A program made the translations under genes and the position numbers. 64,000 nucleotides of DNA from Eledone cirrhosa (lineage: Eukaryota), in NCBI GenBank assembly GCA_964016885.1, contig OZ024755.1:2852001-2916000 (forward strand). Direction: 5' to 3'. Within the stretch, counting starts at the first letter, position 1; the number at the start of each line of letters is the position of its first letter. The notes beneath the pieces were generated by a model. It was not told where the DNA came from. It was given only the letters and a program-made list of their open reading frames with translations, and made no database searches. This document shows positions 58,576 through 64,000 of this stretch, one piece after another.

Positions 58576-59164
58576 TTTATTTCAGATAGAACTATGAGGT
58601 GTGTATTACTGAAAAAGTGTTTCTTTATTTCTAGAGTGTAGGGTAATATTTTGGGGAGAAGAATATGCTACATTTATCAAGTGGAAAACCTATTCAAATA
58701 GTGAGACTCCTGCTGCGTTGGCGGAAGACATCCTCCCCTGGGTTAAAGGTCTTCTTTCTTGGCTGGTTGTCTATTCATAGTTAAATGACTTAATGACGAA
58801 AGTGCGCAGTGGCCATGAGAGAATATATGAATCAGCTGCTTTACATGAACAGCTTCACTTTGATTCGAACCAACGAGCTCTAACAATACTCATACAACTG
58901 AATAAATATGTTCCAAGCATAGAATAAACAGGCATATTCAAACAAAGAGAATCTCAAAAATAAATAAATGTGAATATATTTATTTGAAAACCATCACCGA
59001 GCGCTACCGCATTTTATCTTCGCTACACAAGATCGATATTTCTGCAAATACAGATGAGGAAAAATATAATTAAACAACAAAGGTTGAAACTCTAATGAAA
59101 ATAATTATATAACTATGTTGAGAGAAATATCCAAGGGAAACGGTACTGATATTTTATTTAAAAA

Positions 59165-59196
<32 letters not shown>

Positions 59197-60277
59197 GAAG
59201 ATAAGATAGAATTTATGCAATCACTATATTAGAAAAGACTGGTATAGAGAGCGAGAGAGAACGAGGGTGGGGAAATAGAGACAGGGCGTATAGAGTTTCA
59301 ATACACAACTTAGATTGTGGGACATTCCCTTCATCAGATGCCAAATCCCTTCAGAAATACCTAACAGTATTGATGCTACAAGGAAAACTGCCTTTAACAA
59401 AGAATATATTAACCTCTGGTATAACATTGAGTGTTAGGGATGGGGTTAGGAAACCGCCTGAGATTTCAATCGGATCTCCACATCGTTGATATACACACTT
59501 AGCATCCTACAATGTATCGTTTAGCAGTCTGAATTTTGGCCTACCCTGTCTTCGTGCAGCAGACTTCACACACTCACACTCACACACAGTCTCACTCACT
59601 CACACACACACTCACTCACTCACTCACTCACTCACATAAAAGTTAATCTTTCTATAAACATTGTTAAAATATGTGCATTAGAAATAGCCAGTGTTAGAAT
59701 ATGTTATTTCGATAGACACATCGTATATACATAGACACAATATGGTCTTTCTGATTATTTAAATAGAAATGGAGGACGTGGCCTGATTGGTACTTTATTT
59801 TCTAGGACCATGTCCCTCAAGGGGACCTACATTCACTTGAATAAGACTTCTCGTTGTCTCAGAGTGTCCTACTCATGGCTAGAGGCATCTCGCGATCGAG
59901 AGTATACGTGATATCCTAATTCATATTAAACCCATACAGGCTATCTACTACTAGAGCGATATATTCTATTCATCTCGACAATTTCAAAACAATGAGAAAA
60001 GTAAAAATTATTCTGAAATTAACTTTTCCAATGAAACAAGTTACCATATTTTAATGTTGTAACTGTTTTAATCTGTTTATTGGTTTGTATACATCGAGTG
60101 GCACTCATCCTCGGAATAATACCTGCTGAAGTCAGCTAGTGTAGTTATTCAACAAGAAATATTATTCTACTTGCCAATTCTTAACGGCGGGAAGAAATGC
60201 ACTAAAAATGTTTGTCAAAGAATTTCTTGCAAATAGATAAATTGCAGCTGCTGAAAAGACAAACAGAATTGTTATCG

Positions 60278-60314
<37 letters not shown>

Positions 60315-60406
60315 ATCAGATTACATGTATGCATACATGCGTCCAAGCAAGGAATCACACACACACACACACAAATACATACACACACGCATATATATAT
60401 ATATAT

Positions 60407-60593
60407 AATTGTTTCTACTTTAGGCACGAGGCCAACCAATACCCAGTGCATTACTGGTACTTTATCTTATCGACCCCGTAAGGATGAAAAGCAAAGTCAA
60501 CCTCCGCAGGATTTGAACTCAGATCGTAAAGGGACGTAACTCTGCTGGAAAGCATGGAGTACGACCCTCTACCAATACTGCCAATCCACCGCC
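60407..60593 (-). mobile_element. SINE S1
   Basis: Consensus match. Confidence 0.9.
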
Positions 60594-60953
60594 TATATAT
60601 GTATCTATAATGTATATATATATGTATATATAATGTATATATATATATGTATATATAATGTATATATAATGTATATATATATATAATGTATATGTATATA
60701 TAATGTATATATATTTATAATGTGTATGTATATATAATGTATGTATAATGTATATATAATGTATATATATATATTTATAAAGTGTATATATAATGTATAT
60801 ATGTATACGAACATCTATGCCTGCGGGAAAGAGTTTTTGCATGTAAATGTTTTAATTTTTTGTGTATATATGTTTTTATTAGCTCTATATAAATTACACT
60901 TAGATGATTTTCTCTTGACAAACATCTGCAGACATTTCTAAATCGATTAATCG

Positions 60954-60991
<38 letters not shown>

Positions 60992-61282
60992 TGAAAATGC
61001 AAGACAAATTAACGTCCAGGAATTCAGAGATAGAAAAACAAAAAAACAAAAACTGTTATATCTTATATATCAACTTTTAATCCGAAGAAAATCAAAATCT
61101 ATAAACACATACAACTAAAGCTATCCCTTCTACTAAAGAACAAACAAACAAACGGAGCCTTACAAAATGGTAAATGACGTTTGGTATCCGTGAATCTCCC
61201 CTTCTCTTTGTCGTTTCTTTCTTGTCTCCTTCTTGTGTCTTTCTCATCTCTTCTCATCTCTTTCTTGGCTCTTTCTCATCTC

Positions 61283-61374
<92 letters not shown>

Positions 61375-62149
61375 GTTCGTCTCAAACAAATATATTTTCA
61401 TCGGAGTTACTATCTCCTAAACATTGTTATTAGAATTTGTTTATTGTATTGTATTGTAGTATTCTAGTTTTCATATTGTAATTTGTAATATTCTAATCTC
61501 ATTTCGTAATTTGAACTTTTGCAGTAGTGTAGTTTTACGATTTGTATTGCGGTATTGTAATATTGAAGTTGATATTTATTAATCTCTATCCATGGAATTT
61601 ATTTTAATACCTAATAGAAAAGAAGACCAAGATAAAGACATTCCTAATTCAGAATTTTACAATATTAAACATTAATACCACGGTATAAGACGCCATGACA
61701 TTAAAGTCGAAACATGTTACTGAAAGATCACTAAATATATATCTAAGAAAGGGAGAGTGATACCTTATATAGTTACAGAATTTGATTGATTCTGCCTATA
61801 TCTAATAGCTTTCCATATTTAGTGTGCGTCTATGTAAATGGGAGAATACTTTTCCCGTCTCTATCGTCACACACGTTTAAGAAAACATGATGTGAGCTAA
61901 GAAGGTAGTCACAAATTGCTAGAAATATCAGGCGTATTACCTCACAATAAAGGAAGGACTCTTTGGTCGATGTAGTCTTAATAATACAAGATCTGTTCGT
62001 TATTCAGGCGATGCCTATAAAAATAGGTCTGATAAATTAAAGGTGATCAGAGACTAAATGGCAATAGGAAAGAATGATGCCTCGGGTACAATATTGATAT
62101 ATGATATTACTCCAACAATGCCAAGTCTGGAATACTGATACTATAGGCA

Positions 62150-62345
62150 TCCTCATTATCATTGGACCACAGTCGAACATTCCTGATAAAGTCCCACCAC
62201 AATTCATGATTTTCCATTGCTCCTAGCAACTGCTTCTTACTGAGGCTGGCTGTATTATCTGAGAGTTGATCGATGAAGATTCCAGCAGGTCTTCCTCAGC
62301 GGTGTCTCATGTGAGTTGGTTCCCACAATAGTAGCTGGTGTATAA
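62150..62345 (-). mobile_element. RTE-clade LINE 3' end
   Basis: EEVIHQLLLWEPTHMRHR*GRPAGIFIDQLSDNT..LLGAMENHELWWDFIRNVR. Confidence 0.85.
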
Positions 62346-64000
62346 CTTCCTCTACTGTGTCTACCAAGAGTTCCCACAATAGTAGCTGGTGTATAACTTA
62401 CTCTACTGTGTCTACCAAGAGTTCCCACAATAGTAGCTGGTGTATAACTTCCTCTACTGTGTCTACCAAGAGTTCCCACAATAGTAGCTGGTGTATAACT
62501 TACTCTACTGTGTCTACCAAGAGTTCCCACAATAGTAGCTGGTGTATAACTTCCTCTACTGTGTCTCCCATGAGTTCCCACAATAGTAGCTGGTGTATAA
62601 CTTCCTCTACTGTGTCTACCAAGAGTTCCCACAATAGTAGCTGGTGTATAACTTACTCTACTGTGTCTACCAAGAGTTCCCACAATAGTAGCTGGTGTAT
62701 AACTTCCTCTACTGTGTCTCCCATGAGTTCCCACAATAGTAGCTGGTGTATAACTTCCTCTACTGTGTCTCCCATGAGTTCCCACAATAGTAGCTGGTGT
62801 ATAACTTACTCTACTGTGTCTACCAAGAGTTCCCACAATAGTAGCTGGTGTATAACTTCCTCTACTGTGTCTCCCATGAGTTCCCACAATAGTAGCTGGT
62901 GTATAACTTACTCTACTGTGTCTACCAAGAGTTCCCACAATAGTAGCTGGTGTATAACTTCCTCTACTGTGTCTCCCATGAGTTCCCACAATAGTAGCTG
63001 GTGTATAACTTCCTCTGCTGTGTCTCCCATGAGTTCCCACAATAGTAGCTGGTGTATAACTTCCTCTACTGTGTCTCCCATGAGTTCCCACAATAGTAGC
63101 TGGTGTATAACTTCCTCTACTGTGTCTCCCATGAGTTCCCACAATAGTAGCTGGTGTATAACTTCCTCTACTGTATCTCCCATGAGTTCCCACAATAGTA
63201 GCTGGTGTATAACTTCCTCTACTGTGTCTCCCATGAGTTCCCACAATAGTAGCTGGTGTATAACTTCCTCTACTGTGTCTCCCATGAGTTCCCACAATAG
63301 TAGCTGATGTATAACTTACTCTACTGTGTCTACCAACAGTTCCCACAATAGTAGCTGGTGTATAACTTCTACTGTGTCTCCCATGAGTTCCCACAATAGT
63401 AGCTGGTGTATAACTTCCTCTACTGTGTCTACCAAGAGTTCCCACAATAGTAGCTGGTGTATAACTTACTCTACTGTGTCTACCAAGAGTTCCCACAATA
63501 GTAGCTGGTGTATAACTTCTTCTACTGTGTCTCCCATGAGTTCCCACAATAGTAGCTGGTGTATAACTTCCTCTACTATGTCTACCAAGAGTTCCCACAA
63601 TAGTAGCTGGTGTATAACTTACTCTACTGTGTCTACCAAGAGTTCCCACAATAGTAGCTGGTGTATAACTTCCTCTACTGTGTCTACCAAGAGTTCCCAC
63701 AATAGTAGCTGGTGTATAACTTCCTCTGCTGTGTCTCCCATGAGTTCCCACAATAGTAGCTGGTGTATAACTTCCTCTGCTGTGTCTCCCATGAGTTCCC
63801 ACAATAGTAGCTGGTGTATAACTTCCTCTACTGTGTCTCCCATGAGTTCCCACAATAGTAGCTGGTGTATAACTTCCTCTACTGTGTCTACCAAGAGTTC
63901 CCACAATAGTAGCTGGTGTATAACTTCCTCTACTGTGTCTACCAAGAGTTCCCACAATAGTAGCTGGTGTATAACTTCCTCTACTGTGTCTACCAAGAGT
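62320..64000. repeat. 51-bp minisatellite, at least ~33 copies, running off the window end
   Basis: Unit ttcccacaatagtagctggtgtataacttcctctactgtgtct(accaa/cccat)gag. Confidence 0.97.

Noticed and set aside
62255-63955. 566-aa repeat ORF as a gene
   Set aside because: Explained by a 51-bp unit derived from an RTE; no non-repetitive domain or expression evidence in view

Overview
AT-rich, repeat-saturated animal DNA. The extreme (TA)n/(TG)n load and the SINE set look like octopus/cephalopod sequence (inferred from composition, not proven). I can support no intact host protein-coding gene; almost all listed ORFs are microsatellite artefacts. Ordinary content: many tRNA-derived SINE copies, remnants of RTE, R4/Dong, CRE and probably Penelope retroelements, a decayed hAT transposase, MITEs and minisatellites. 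The notable signal is about ten unrelated families of short non-coding inserts sitting in (TA)n arrays. Most are fold-back palindromes with a one-sided tail and carry type I hammerhead-ribozyme (HHR) motifs, some with a U3-A8 core variant, palindromic loop III or compensatory stem changes. One family (22594-23272 and 30313-31171) closes into a ~595-nt circularly permuted, ORF-less, one-ribozyme unit, i.e. a retrozyme-like or non-autonomous Penelope-type element. Two minisatellites arose inside retroelements: a 29-bp SINE A-box array and a 51-bp array from an RTE ORF. All structures were read by eye; none was folded, aligned or searched computationally.
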